Positions 10,101 to 19,242 of a stretch of DNA of 64,000 nucleotides are shown here, one piece after another (the stretch's first letter is position 1; each line of letters begins with the position of its first letter). A program made the position numbers and the translations under genes. Under the pieces are notes generated by a model. That model was not told the DNA's origin and ran no database searches. It worked only from the letters and a program-made list of their open reading frames with translations. The DNA is from Candidatus Fermentibacterota bacterium (GTDB lineage Bacteria; Fermentibacterota; Fermentibacteria; Fermentibacterales; JCC-6). Where the stretch lies: the NCBI GenBank assembly GCA_963845085.1, contig CAWJQI010000001.1, forward strand, positions 192,001 through 256,000. The letters are read 5' to 3'.

Positions 10101-10613
10101 ATCCACGGCTTCGGCGGGTCTTCCCTTCCTGAAAAGCACCACCGCCATCGCAAGGCATGGCTCGGTGTTCTTCAGCTCCTCACCGGGAAACTTCGCCTGG
10201 GACTGGTAGGCGCTTTCTATTGAATCAACGAACCTTGACTCGGTGATCCTGTCAACCGTGGTGAGCAGCTCAAGCATCCCGTTGTAGTCCTTGCTGCGAA
10301 GCCTGAGCCTCCAGAGGACTTTCAGCAACTCGGTCGATCGTGCGAACTGCCCGAGTTTTTCCTCGAGCATCTTGACGATGCCGGCGCGCAGATCGGAATG
10401 GGCTTTGATGATTCGCTCGGATAGCCTCGCCGCGAGGTCGGGATGACCGATGTCCATCAGGAAGGGCAGCACCTGTCTGGCCACTTCCTTCTCCTCAAGG
10501 ATGCCTTCTATTTCCTCTTCAATGAGTACGGCCGCCTGATCGACCATGTCATCCGCGGCCATGTCCCGGGCTTTTTTCAGGATTCTCTGCGATTTTGATT
10601 TAAAAAGCGCCAT
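7122..10613 (-). CDS. Large all-alpha (TPR/HEAT-like) protein of unknown function, 1163 aa
   Basis: Long Ala/Leu-rich helical ORF with TPR-like segments and no signal peptide; tightly packed in the operon. Confidence 0.75.
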   Translation of the reverse strand: MALFKSKSQRILKKARDMAADDMVDQAAVLIEEEIEGILEEKEVARQVLPFLMDIGHPDLAARLSERIIKAHSDLRAGIVKMLEEKLGQFARSTELLKVLWRLRLRSKDYNGMLELLTTVDRITESRFVDSIESAYQSQAKFPGEELKNTEPCLAMAVVLFRKGRPAEAVDVLVNAAERSSFPDESLSRLSGWIANRTGGTDMEVNLGRIRILVALSDTERAVAELTTLLQADREVIEKAIGIIEKSLIPSDTSGKASIALARLMAAAGRINDACAVLEGMLDREVDASLLEQAATGIVLVAPGSARAHLLQARLRISRGEATQGMESLAKVFECPDLDQAPVTEVCRSVIEKGMDRDGKVSRKLGEFLVEKGSVEEAVQIILYSLEQDPDWVFNQIQKLLQREKTNASVLILLAVHKMIVGREGEAGAAMQHLATRKDLKSRSDMAVVLSRLSPLMDRFPRLRRFRASITGGIGDSKATASDWLALLLRGEKVSEEGLLEVFDNGLARENARAILDSGFTPGTPSEYLVQAAAAIAQEDAATASPAMAEASKEPALAVRMASLVADMRLSLLHKTAAETFMPALNTAGQGAVVAKLLPLLSIPEARAEWMDSLAARVETGDPLSTAMFRLEYFIESGRFGTAAVSVESVAIPAGTVADLAEGCRAAATGDRTRAVELLSSAARDSGTAPLARKVLESLAGEETSGLTTLALARSLVNSGDLSGAAGVLSKSIESDDVRAFLEETASKHVDSWEIWKLLALSRLFAGDVGGFRMAANTALEKGPVPAAELAEAALGYGMRTRNAELLLYASSTAVKNSTGIDVSEAACTALRLDPSLYEQFSMLGLSDPSVRALIGIASGDAELFSSAGAPFDIAPPASSVGLCLDRWTVDGMFKAVHSLKQTCAASGMQPLAHRARVALAGKGFSEIDEELFNDAVADETLRCDFWRSVGSDELIVRGLAEFLPTERRIDPAEAAEAAKALARSSLDSETIMAFAMRLADSDETALSEKASLLVDRALERSDGSASTGFIRLLVAAGRPGEAFRAARADDSLLAALRDSVAKLSRAPSEEGRALWASGRREAACAAWLALYRRSGDPGHLETLRWAFSQMGLAMEKAALERFMRERHPDLFSSMGADHERAWTISDLETGNRHMGRGMTNGR

Positions 10614-10619
10614 GATCCC

Positions 10620-12014
10620 CTACTCCGGTCTTATTATGAGAACCTCGCCAATACGAAGTGAAGAATCCGTCTTGCTGTTCAAACTTTGTATCTCCTCCAC
10701 CTGAACCCCGTACCTGCGTGAGATGTCCCACATCGTGTCACCCGAGATCACGGTGTGGGTTACGCGTCCGCCGGCTGCGGATGACCCGGTTGCAGATGCC
10801 TCCCCGGGAGGCGTTCCATGGAGCTGGAGCACCATGCCGGGAAAGATGGTGGCGCTCGCCGAGATGCCGTTCCACTCGGCAACCTCCCTTGAGGAAACTC
10901 CCACAAGGGCGCCAATGCCCCCAAGCGTGTCACCCGAACGGACAGTGTAGCCGAACGAGCCCGAGTTGCCCGGGACGGCAGTGTTTACGGGAGTTCGACC
11001 GCTCTCAGGCAGGTCGACATAGGTTCCGACAACCGGCTCGGACGAACCGTTGGCCTCGACAAGACGCTGCCTGTCGACACCTGTTGCCAGGGCAATCGTG
11101 TCCCAGCTGTCGCCCTCCTTCACCATGTACCCTGAGGGCTCGACTGCCCACGCAGCCTGGAAGGCCCTGGCGGCATTCCCGGTGGGAACGACGACCTCCC
11201 ACCCCTCTCCACCGCCGGGGACCGTCTCGGAAAGGTAGCCCCGGTTCAGTTCGGAGAGAAGATCGGGAGGTATGCCGGCCTCGGCTGCGAGCACGCGCAG
11301 GTCGAGACCCGGCGGTACAAGAATTACGGAAAGACCGCCGCCGGTCTCGGAAAGCTGATTGTAGGCTTCCAGGGCGTTTGCGAACCTGGGGACGAAGGTA
11401 CTCGTCTCTCTTGGCAGGCTGAGCTCGGAGAGGATGCCGGGGCCGAGTGCAAGTGCCCGCTGCATGGTGCCCTCCCCGCAGTTGTAGGCCGCGAGGGCGA
11501 GCTGCCAGTCCCCGAACATGCCATGCAGGTAGCCCAAATACCTTGATGCGGCACGGGTCGATGCGACCCAGGAGTACCTTTCGTCGACGCGGTCAGCCAT
11601 CTGAAGGTTGCACGACCTGGCGGTTCCGCTGATGAACTGCCACGGCCCCGCCGCGCCGGCTGATGAATAGCTGCCAACCGAATACCCGGTCTCGATCCAG
11701 ATGAGGGCCGACAGTTCAGCTGGAACCCCCTCGCTTCTCAGAACCCTTTCCAGCAGACCCCTGAGGTCGGCGTCAGCCGGACAGTTGTCGGCGCTGTAGC
11801 GCACATCGCTGGTCTCGGCGAGACCGGGCGGGATCCTCACCGGATGGGGATGGCCGCCGGTGGTCCTGGCCACGAGCGGAATGACCGGGTTCTGACGGGC
11901 CGGAGCTTCTTGAGCGATGACATCAACATGTCTGACAACCGGTTGAACGGTTCTTGTGCCGGAACAGCCCGGTGTTATTATCATTGTGCAGAACAGAAGC
12001 AGCAACGACACCAC
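10620..12014 (-). CDS. mltD: MltD-like lytic transglycosylase with three LysM domains
   Basis: SLT motifs LIWIETGY, AAGPWQFI, LALAAYNCGEG, LPRETSTFVP; LysM repeats YMVKEGDS, YTVRSGDTL, HTVISGDTM. Start uncertain (GTG 12014 or ATG 11984); the ORF-track start at 12368 lies inside asd. Confidence 0.85.
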   Translation of the reverse strand: MVSLLLLFCTMIITPGCSGTRTVQPVVRHVDVIAQEAPARQNPVIPLVARTTGGHPHPVRIPPGLAETSDVRYSADNCPADADLRGLLERVLRSEGVPAELSALIWIETGYSVGSYSSAGAAGPWQFISGTARSCNLQMADRVDERYSWVASTRAASRYLGYLHGMFGDWQLALAAYNCGEGTMQRALALGPGILSELSLPRETSTFVPRFANALEAYNQLSETGGGLSVILVPPGLDLRVLAAEAGIPPDLLSELNRGYLSETVPGGGEGWEVVVPTGNAARAFQAAWAVEPSGYMVKEGDSWDTIALATGVDRQRLVEANGSSEPVVGTYVDLPESGRTPVNTAVPGNSGSFGYTVRSGDTLGGIGALVGVSSREVAEWNGISASATIFPGMVLQLHGTPPGEASATGSSAAGGRVTHTVISGDTMWDISRRYGVQVEEIQSLNSKTDSSLRIGEVLIIRPE

Positions 12015-12032
12015 CGAAAGGGGGAAAAGCCT

Positions 12033-12992
12033 GTGTTCACCGTGGGAGTGGTGGGAGCCACCGGCCTTGTCGGTTCGAAAATGATAGAGATCCTTCAGGA
12101 AAGGTCCCTCCCTGTCAAAAAGCTGTTCGCCTATGCTTCCCATGGTTCGGGCAGAACGGTCAGTTTCCATGGGGAAAACATACCCGTTGAAATAATAAAC
12201 CCCGAAGCCCTGGAAAAGGGCACCATCCTTCTCGGGGCCACAAGCTCGGCCGTGGCCGGGAAATGGATCCCCCCCTGTCTCGAGAGGGGTGCTGTTATCA
12301 TAGACAACTCTTCGGCTTTTCGCATGTCCGCCGGGATTCCCCTTGTTGTGCCCGAGGTCAACCCGCATGCGATCCCGCGAAACCCCGGCCTCATCGCCAA
12401 TCCCAACTGCTCCACCATCCAGCTCGTCACCGCTCTTGCACCCCTGAGGGGCCTTTCCGAGATCGATTGGGTGTCGGTGTCAACCTACCAATCCGTCTCC
12501 GGAGCGGGTGCCCGTGGCATTGCCGCCCTTGAGAACGACGAAAGGGAAGCGCCCGCATTGAACCGTTTCCATAGAAACGTGGTTTGCGAGATCGGCAGCA
12601 TCTCCGAATCGGGATACACGGAAGAGGAGCTGAAACTGGTCAGGGAGACCGCGAAGATCATGGAAGCGGATTTCCCGGTCTATCCGGCAGCCGCCCGCGT
12701 CCCGGTCGGGGTCGGCCATACCGAAAGCGTGACGGTCCGTTTCCGCGAGGCTGTTCCCGCTGCAAAGGCCCGCCTGGTTCTGGAGAATTCATCAGGGCTC
12801 CGCGTGCTTCCGCTGGGAGTCCAGCCGGTGACCGTCGAGGGGACGGACCAGGTCTGGGTGGGAAGGCTCCGAAACCATCCTGCCGACCCCCGGATGCTGC
12901 AGTTCTGGGTCACATCCGACAATGTGAGAAAGGGTGCCGCGCTGAACGCGGTGCAGATACTCGAGCTTGTTGCGAAGAAGGGGCGGCCCTGA
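12033..12992 (+). CDS. asd: Aspartate-semialdehyde dehydrogenase
   Basis: GVVGATGLVG Rossmann motif, IDNSSAFRM, PLVVPEVN, IANPNCSTIQL (catalytic Cys), TYQSVSGAG, DNVRKGAALNAVQI. GTG start at 12033 after a G-rich RBS. Confidence 0.95.
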   Translation: MFTVGVVGATGLVGSKMIEILQERSLPVKKLFAYASHGSGRTVSFHGENIPVEIINPEALEKGTILLGATSSAVAGKWIPPCLERGAVIIDNSSAFRMSAGIPLVVPEVNPHAIPRNPGLIANPNCSTIQLVTALAPLRGLSEIDWVSVSTYQSVSGAGARGIAALENDEREAPALNRFHRNVVCEIGSISESGYTEEELKLVRETAKIMEADFPVYPAAARVPVGVGHTESVTVRFREAVPAAKARLVLENSSGLRVLPLGVQPVTVEGTDQVWVGRLRNHPADPRMLQFWVTSDNVRKGAALNAVQILELVAKKGRP

Positions 12993-13023
12993 CGGACCAC
13001 CCCTTCAGTCGGATCATGTTTTT

Positions 13024-13719
13024 CTAAAGGTCCAGCTCGTCGTCGTCGATAAGGTCGAAGTCATCGGCGAAATCATCGTCTTCGGCGCCGAGGGCCGCCC
13101 CGCACTCCTCGCAGAACGGGTTCTGCGCGGGGTTGGAGTGACCGCAGGAAGGACACTTCACGCCATCGCCGGCGGCGGGTTCCTCGAGGTCTTCCTCGAG
13201 TTCGAGTTCGTCAATGGAATCGGTTGATTCCCCCGAAACGGCCTTTGCGGGAGCTCCGGCAGCGGCAGCGGCACGGCCCGCCGTTGCATCGTCAACGTCG
13301 CGGAGGACCTTCCTGAGCTCACCAAGCTCGGAGCGCAGAAGGTCAAGCTCGTTGGCGGTCTTGTTGCGCTCGTTCTTTACCGCATCGAGCTTCTTCTGGA
13401 AATCGGGGTCATTCTCGTCGTGTTCCCGAAGCCTGGCTCTGATCTGAAGCTCATCCACCGCATCGGACTGCTCCTGATGGCTCTTCTCGAGTTTGTCGAT
13501 CCTGGTGGAAAGCTCATCGACCTTGGAGACAAGGGCGCCCTTCTCCTCGCCGATGCTTGCCAGAACGGTATCCAACTGGGCTTCATAGTCCTTCTTGATG
13601 CGAACATAGACCCGGCTGTTGGTTTCGTCCTTCAGCGAGTCAAGGTTGGAAAGACGATCCACCAGCTCCAGTCGCTGATCCAGGAGCTTTTGGATTCTTG
13701 CTTCAAGCACTTCGGCCAT
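13024..13719 (-). CDS. Coiled-coil protein with acidic linker and C-terminal zinc ribbon
   Basis: Heptad-rich N-terminus; CPSCG..N..FCEECG zinc ribbon; GGAGGG RBS. Confidence 0.8.
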   Translation of the reverse strand: MAEVLEARIQKLLDQRLELVDRLSNLDSLKDETNSRVYVRIKKDYEAQLDTVLASIGEEKGALVSKVDELSTRIDKLEKSHQEQSDAVDELQIRARLREHDENDPDFQKKLDAVKNERNKTANELDLLRSELGELRKVLRDVDDATAGRAAAAAGAPAKAVSGESTDSIDELELEEDLEEPAAGDGVKCPSCGHSNPAQNPFCEECGAALGAEDDDFADDFDLIDDDELDL

Positions 13720-13790
13720 TTCCCCTCCTTATAGAGAGCACGAACAATCAGGCGGACAAAAGCAAAACCGCGATGAAAGATAATTGTCTG

Positions 13791-14786
13791 TCATTCTTCG
13801 GGCAATGTCAAGGCGGCTATAAAGGGAGCCAGGGCCGCCACCCCATCCCAGCTTCTCTTCAGTCTGAGGTCGGTTTCCGAGAAGGCTTCGGCAACAGGAC
13901 CGAGCGCCCGTGCCCTCCAGAACCGGGAGGCCTCGATCACCCATTTCGCCCTGTAGGGGCTGATGCCAAGCGCCGCGGCAAGCGCTGATTCGCTTTTCCC
14001 GCGGTTCACAAGACATGCGGCGGAGGCCGCAAGCACCCACTGCGAGTGAATCAGCGCCAGAAGCCGGATCGGCTCCTCGCCCGACGCAAGGAGCAACGAC
14101 AGTTTGGCGAGGGCCTGGGCGCGCTGACCTGTCACCGCGTCCTGGGACATGTCAAGCGCCGTACACTCTGGAATCCCCCCCGAAAGGGCGAGCACCATTT
14201 CGGAGTTGACCGGCTTTCCGGGCCCGTAACGCACAGAGATGCGTTCCATGAGCCCCCAGAGGTTGAACAGCCTGCCATAGGCAAGCGCTTCGACCAATTC
14301 GCCGGCCTGCCTGTCGAGCCTGATGCCGAGCTCGCCCGAAAGCCTTTTTGTCCAGGGCCACATCCTTCCAGCGAAGGGTTCCCAGGAGGCATATACCACG
14401 GAAAGGGCGCCGAGCTTTTTCAGGAAAGCCGTATTGAGGGTTGTTCTTTCTGTCTGGAAAAGGAAGATGTGGTCGGAAGCGGGGATGGAAACCGCATCGA
14501 GGAGCTCGCCCTGGACCTTGACCGGGATGCTTTCAACGTTGCGGACAATGATCAGCCTGCCGCTGCTGAAAAGGGAACCTTCGCTGGCAAGCCTCCGAAT
14601 GTCGCCGGGAGCCGCCTCGTCACCCGGGACCCTGGCCAATTCCAGCCCCCGTGCCCGCGCGGCCGCCTCGATCGCACTCTCCAGCCTCATTATCTGATAC
14701 GGCTCTTCGCCGGTCAGGAGAAACACCCCTCCCGGGGTCGCCCCGACAGCCAGTTCGAGAGCCCTGTCAAATTCCTTGACCAGCAT
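13791..14786 (-). CDS. holA: DNA polymerase III subunit delta
   Basis: VFLLTGEEPY, SLFSSGRLIIVRN, GEEPIRLL, ETDLRLK motifs; 331 aa. Confidence 0.85.
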   Translation of the reverse strand: MLVKEFDRALELAVGATPGGVFLLTGEEPYQIMRLESAIEAAARARGLELARVPGDEAAPGDIRRLASEGSLFSSGRLIIVRNVESIPVKVQGELLDAVSIPASDHIFLFQTERTTLNTAFLKKLGALSVVYASWEPFAGRMWPWTKRLSGELGIRLDRQAGELVEALAYGRLFNLWGLMERISVRYGPGKPVNSEMVLALSGGIPECTALDMSQDAVTGQRAQALAKLSLLLASGEEPIRLLALIHSQWVLAASAACLVNRGKSESALAAALGISPYRAKWVIEASRFWRARALGPVAEAFSETDLRLKRSWDGVAALAPFIAALTLPEE

Positions 14787-14871
14787 GCCAAATCCTTCAG
14801 GGCTTTACGGAAGACCCTGTTCAGGTGTATTTTCCCGCCCAGTTACGCACACACATCGAAGGGTTGAAAAC

Positions 14872-16719
14872 ATGCTCTCCTGGTTCCGGGATAATGCGAA
14901 GATATTCCTTGTGATGGTCATTGTCATCTTTGTGGTGATGATTTTCGTGGACTGGGGCTCAGGCCGGAACAGGGCCGCGAACGCCGAAAGAATGGTGATC
15001 GGCTCCGTTAACGGCGAAGACGTCCCCCCGGGCGCGTACGACGCCGCGAGGAACGAGGTCTACACCTCCCTGAAGACCCAGATGGAGCAGACCGGCAACC
15101 CGGATCCGGAGAACGAGCTCATGCTCCTCTACAGCGACATCAACGATGCAGCCTTCGATCTCGTCGTTGAGAGGGCCATACAAAGGGAGTTTCTGGAAGG
15201 GCTGGGATGGAAGCCCCTGCATACCGGTCTTGCCGATCATCTCGTGAGGGCCCAGATCAGGCTTGCCGGCATCCCCGAACCCGACGAATACCTTGAGCAG
15301 TTCAGAAGCGATCCCAACTACAGCTCCGCTTCCTACCAGCTGCTGGTGCAGGCCGAACGGGGACGCTTCGATTCCGCAATGAACCTTTTCAGGATGAGTT
15401 CCCGTGCGGAAGCCGCCTTCATGGTGAACGACCTCTACAGCCAGGTCCAGGCCAGGTACATTCCCTTCAGGGCAACACCGCCACTCCCCGACAACGACCA
15501 GCTTGAGGCCTTCTACAACGAGAACCCGGAGCTTTTCGACCTTCCGCCCAGCGCCGGTCTCAGGTACGCAACAGTACTCATCCCGCCCACTCCTGAAGAC
15601 GAGGGTTTCTCGATGAACCTTGTCGACTCCCTTGCCATGGCCGGCGGCGGCACACCCGACACCATCAGCCTGACGAGGCGCCAGATGCTCGAAAGCCTCG
15701 AATGGGACATGGAACTGGAACCCGGGCTCCTTTCAGCCCCCTTCATCGGCCGTTCCCTCGCGAACCCGCAGAGCGGCATCTCCGCATGCCACTCCGTCGA
15801 ACTTCTCGAGGTGCATCCCGCCGCTGATACATCGGGCCTTGAAGACACGCTGCTTATCGTTCACTGGGAGATCCCGGCCTACCCGAGCCGTGAGACGATA
15901 AGGGAAACGCTGTGGCGCATGCAGGACCTTGGCGCCGCCATCCTCGAAACGTCGAACCCCTTCGTCGCGGAAGACCTTCCCATTATCGACTGGGGCGAGA
16001 TGCAGGTCACAGCCGACAGCCCCCTCTCGAACAACCTCAGCAAGGCGATGATCGCCTTTGCCCTCGATTCGGTCTGGACCGATTCGATCGGCCCGGTGTT
16101 CTACAATCCAAGCTACGACGGCAGTTATCCGGCGCTAACGGTTGTGAGAAGGCTCTCGCAAAACCCTGGCGGAAACCTCACTTTTGAAGAGGCCATGGAG
16201 AACGGCCAGCTTCTTGTCGAGGCCTATACGGGCATCCAGTCGCAGGAAGCCCTGACCCTCGCCGCCGAAGCCCTCTCCAGATGCCAGTCGACGGGTGAGG
16301 ATCTCGCCATGCTGGCCGAATCCGATACCCTTGAGCTCTACACGACGCAGCCGTTCTCGCCAATGTCGGTGCGCATGTGGTCAACATCCGAAGAGGCCGC
16401 CTACCGTGGCCTGCTTGGATGTGCCGAATTCGCCGACGCCGCAGCAATTGCCCCGGAGTTCACCATTGTTGGCCCGTTTGAATGCGCCGGTATTGCGTAT
16501 CTTGCCGAGATAACCGGTAGAACCACGCCCGACCTCAACACGGATCAGTCCCTGGTGGCTTCGATATACATTTCCCTCGAGCAGGCGCGCAGCCAGGAGT
16601 ACAACAGAACATTCCTCGGCTTCCTGCGGAACCTTGCCAGCATCGAGGACAGGCGCGACGAGTTCTTCGCGGCAGTCGACTCCCTCCGTGCGACCCAGGA
16701 GCAGGAGGAGGGTTACTGA
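14872..16719 (+). CDS. SurA-N/PpiD-like membrane-anchored periplasmic chaperone (degenerate PPIase)
   Basis: MLSWFRDNAKIFLVMVIVIFVVMIFVDWG N-terminal TM, IGSVNGEDV, QLEAFYNENPELF; typical of the PpiD/SurA N-terminal family. Confidence 0.75.
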   Translation: MLSWFRDNAKIFLVMVIVIFVVMIFVDWGSGRNRAANAERMVIGSVNGEDVPPGAYDAARNEVYTSLKTQMEQTGNPDPENELMLLYSDINDAAFDLVVERAIQREFLEGLGWKPLHTGLADHLVRAQIRLAGIPEPDEYLEQFRSDPNYSSASYQLLVQAERGRFDSAMNLFRMSSRAEAAFMVNDLYSQVQARYIPFRATPPLPDNDQLEAFYNENPELFDLPPSAGLRYATVLIPPTPEDEGFSMNLVDSLAMAGGGTPDTISLTRRQMLESLEWDMELEPGLLSAPFIGRSLANPQSGISACHSVELLEVHPAADTSGLEDTLLIVHWEIPAYPSRETIRETLWRMQDLGAAILETSNPFVAEDLPIIDWGEMQVTADSPLSNNLSKAMIAFALDSVWTDSIGPVFYNPSYDGSYPALTVVRRLSQNPGGNLTFEEAMENGQLLVEAYTGIQSQEALTLAAEALSRCQSTGEDLAMLAESDTLELYTTQPFSPMSVRMWSTSEEAAYRGLLGCAEFADAAAIAPEFTIVGPFECAGIAYLAEITGRTTPDLNTDQSLVASIYISLEQARSQEYNRTFLGFLRNLASIEDRRDEFFAAVDSLRATQEQEEGY

Positions 16720-17651
16720 TCCCGGCCGGCCCCGCTTCTTGAAAGCAGATGCAGGAAGTAAGGGCCGCCGAGCAGGGCGGTGATGATCCCGATCGGAAGC
16801 TCTCCGGGACTCACCGCCATTCTGCTCAAAATATCCGACCATACGAGCAGCACGGCCCCTCCGATCGCACTGAGGGGTACAAGCTTTCTGCAGTCCCCGC
16901 CGGAAAGTTTCCGGAGGATGTGCGGAACAACAAGACCCACGAAACCGACAGGGCCAACTGCGCCCACGGTTCCGCCGGCGAGAACGGCTGACGCCGCGAG
17001 CATGAGGCTCCGTTCCCTCCGGGTGTTCACACCCCTTGTCTCGGCAAGCTCCTCGCCTGCGAGCATCTGGTTGAGGGTGCCGGTGCGCATGAGCACGACA
17101 GCCATCCCGACAGCGGTGAAGGGCAGAAGAAAGAACACCCTGGAATAACCGGCGGCGGCCAGGTCCCCCATCATCCACCGCACTATCTCCATAAGCCTCG
17201 AGGCCGGGCTCAGGTACTCCATCAGAAGCAGCAGGGACGCCCCGAGGACGTTTACGGTGACCCCCGCCAGGATGAGCGTAGAACCGTCGCTGCGTCCCCT
17301 TCCCGCAAGCGAGGCGACGAGCAGGGTTGCCGCCAGCGCTCCGCCGGTTCCGGCCAGGCAGGCCCAGTAGCCGGAGATGCCGGCCCCGAACAGGATCACG
17401 GCACCCGCTGTAACGCCCGCCCCGGCGCTCACTCCGAGCGTGTAGGGGGTGGCGAGCACGTTTCTGAGAACGGCCTGAAGCACAGCGCCTGCCACGGCGA
17501 GAGAGGCGCCTGCAAGGATTGCCAGCGCCGTCCGGGAGAGCCGGAGCGACAGCACCACGCCCAACGGGGCAGATCGTCCCATCGGGCCGGTGACAGCCGA
17601 AACGATCACCCCCAGCGCCAGGAGGAAGAGGAGCCATCTCAGCACCTTCAT
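16713..17651 (-). CDS. FecCD/BtuC-family ABC transporter permease
   Basis: LRLSRTALAILAGASLAVAGAVLQAVLRNVLATPYTLGVSAGA, EELAETRGVN, GPVGFVGLVVPH, ELPIGIITALLGGPYF. ATG 17651 overlaps the ATPase stop. Confidence 0.92.
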   Translation of the reverse strand: MKVLRWLLFLLALGVIVSAVTGPMGRSAPLGVVLSLRLSRTALAILAGASLAVAGAVLQAVLRNVLATPYTLGVSAGAGVTAGAVILFGAGISGYWACLAGTGGALAATLLVASLAGRGRSDGSTLILAGVTVNVLGASLLLLMEYLSPASRLMEIVRWMMGDLAAAGYSRVFFLLPFTAVGMAVVLMRTGTLNQMLAGEELAETRGVNTRRERSLMLAASAVLAGGTVGAVGPVGFVGLVVPHILRKLSGGDCRKLVPLSAIGGAVLLVWSDILSRMAVSPGELPIGIITALLGGPYFLHLLSRSGAGRDQ

Positions 17652-18433
17652 TTTCTTCCGCCGGCCGTGACCACCCAGCCCCCAGTCGAGGCATCCTGTG
17701 TCACTGAAAGAGGGATCCCGAACACCCTGCTCATCAGGTCGGGCACGAACATCTCCTTCGGGCTTCCCATGCCGAGGCACCTGCCCCCGCTCAGCATCAG
17801 CGCGCCGTGCAGGTGCTCGCCCGCCATCCCCAGCCTGTGGGTCGACGCGAACACCGATACCCCGCTCCGTGCAAGCTTCCCGAGGATCTCCCACAGCATT
17901 ACGGTGTGCCTGTAATCAAGGCCGCTTCCCGGCTCGTCAAGAAGAAGGATCGCAGGCTTCTGGACGAGAACCGAAGCCAGAAACACCATGCGTTTCTCGC
18001 CGCCTGAGATAGCCGAAGCCTGCCTGTCCGCAAGATGGAGGATCTCGCACTGGTCCATTACTTCCGCGGACACCTGCCGGTCCCTTTCGGAATCGGTTGC
18101 CCAGGGCGACCTGAAGGGGTGCCTTCCGAGAAGCACCGTCTCCCTCACCGAGAGCCCCTGGGGCACCGGCGGATCCTGCGGAAGGTAACCGACAAGTGCC
18201 GCCCTTGCGGCACCCGTGATCTTTTCGAGGGGTTTCCCGTCAACAAGGACGGAACCGCTGTGCCAGAGCCACGGGAAACCCATGATGCCCTTGAGCAGAG
18301 TGCTCTTTCCGGCCCCGTTCGGACCGAGAAGACCCCATATCTCACCCGGGGCCATCGAGAACTCCACGTCGCTCACCGCCGGCTTCCTGCCGAGGTAGCC
18401 TGCGGAAAAACCTTTCAGCGAGAGCTCAGGCAG
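17648..18433 (-). CDS. BtuD/FhuC-family ABC transporter ATP-binding protein
   Basis: Walker A GPNGAGKST, signature ISGGE, Walker B LLLDEP. First canonical start is GTG 18376, but coding-like sequence extends to a possible CTG at 18433. Confidence 0.9.
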   Translation of the reverse strand: MPELSLKGFSAGYLGRKPAVSDVEFSMAPGEIWGLLGPNGAGKSTLLKGIMGFPWLWHSGSVLVDGKPLEKITGAARAALVGYLPQDPPVPQGLSVRETVLLGRHPFRSPWATDSERDRQVSAEVMDQCEILHLADRQASAISGGEKRMVFLASVLVQKPAILLLDEPGSGLDYRHTVMLWEILGKLARSGVSVFASTHRLGMAGEHLHGALMLSGGRCLGMGSPKEMFVPDLMSRVFGIPLSVTQDASTGGWVVTAGGRK

Positions 18434-19242
18434 AACGACAACCTTTCCGTGATCTCCGGGAGCCTGGCCCCCGGGATCAGCATGAAATCATCTTCGAGCA
18501 GGAACACCCTGCCGGGGGGAAAACCCCTTTCCTCCCAGAAGTCCTTCTGCCTTTGAAGCAGGGCACCGGGGTCCGCTTCATCCGGGGCAAGGAAGATGAG
18601 GGCGTCGGGATCCAGGAGGAGTATGCCCTCAACCGAGACATCGGGGTAGGTGCCGGCAGCCGGAGCGGATATGGTGCATCCTATCCCCTCGAGCAGGTCT
18701 TCGTAGAAGGTTCCCCTTCCGGCAAGGGTGTATCTGCCGTCATCGCTGTTGTAGATCACGAGCGCCGCAGACCCGCCGTTCTCGACCCTGTTTTCGATGA
18801 AGGCCTGTGAAAGCTCTTCCCGGAACTGATCGAAGGAAGCTTCGGGGTACATGGCCTCGAGGCTCCCGCACGCAGCGTAAACATCGTCGAGCGTGTCAAA
18901 GCAGTACGAATGGTATGGTATTCCTGTGTTTCGGGCGAGCTCGGCCAGCCTTGGGCTGTTGCCCACGGAATGAAGGCTTGTTGCCGAAAGCGCCGCAACG
19001 GCCTCGGGCGAGGGGTCGAGGTAACCGCCCACGCGCGGCAGCGTGTCGGCGCCCGGAGGCCACTTCGTGAAATCATCCACAGCGGCAACCCTTTCCCACA
19101 GGCCACCGGCGTAGAAGAGCTCGACGAGCGACGGCCCGAACACCACAGCCCTGCCGTCCCCGCCAGGGACCGCTTTCTCAGGGGTGCAGCCGTGGCTGAG
19201 AATCAGGATACAGATGACTCCTGAGCTTCTCAAGAGCGTCAT
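18415..19242 (-). CDS. BtuF-like periplasmic substrate-binding protein (cobalamin/iron-chelate)
   Basis: Lipobox-like LSHGC, PSLVELFYAGG, VAAVDDFTKWP, LPRVGGYLDPSPEAV, YPDVSVEGI, PGARL. Confidence 0.85.
   Translation of the reverse strand: MTLLRSSGVICILILSHGCTPEKAVPGGDGRAVVFGPSLVELFYAGGLWERVAAVDDFTKWPPGADTLPRVGGYLDPSPEAVAALSATSLHSVGNSPRLAELARNTGIPYHSYCFDTLDDVYAACGSLEAMYPEASFDQFREELSQAFIENRVENGGSAALVIYNSDDGRYTLAGRGTFYEDLLEGIGCTISAPAAGTYPDVSVEGILLLDPDALIFLAPDEADPGALLQRQKDFWEERGFPPGRVFLLEDDFMLIPGARLPEITERLSFCLSSR

Noticed and set aside
16381..17694. 437-aa minus-strand ORF overlapping the permease
   Set aside because: Arg/Gly-rich alternate frame of the real FecCD gene.
16713..19242. Cobalamin riboswitch or Fur box for the BtuFCD-like importer
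   Set aside because: There is no leader because the first gene overlaps the sigma gene, so the substrate (B12 versus iron chelate) cannot be assigned.
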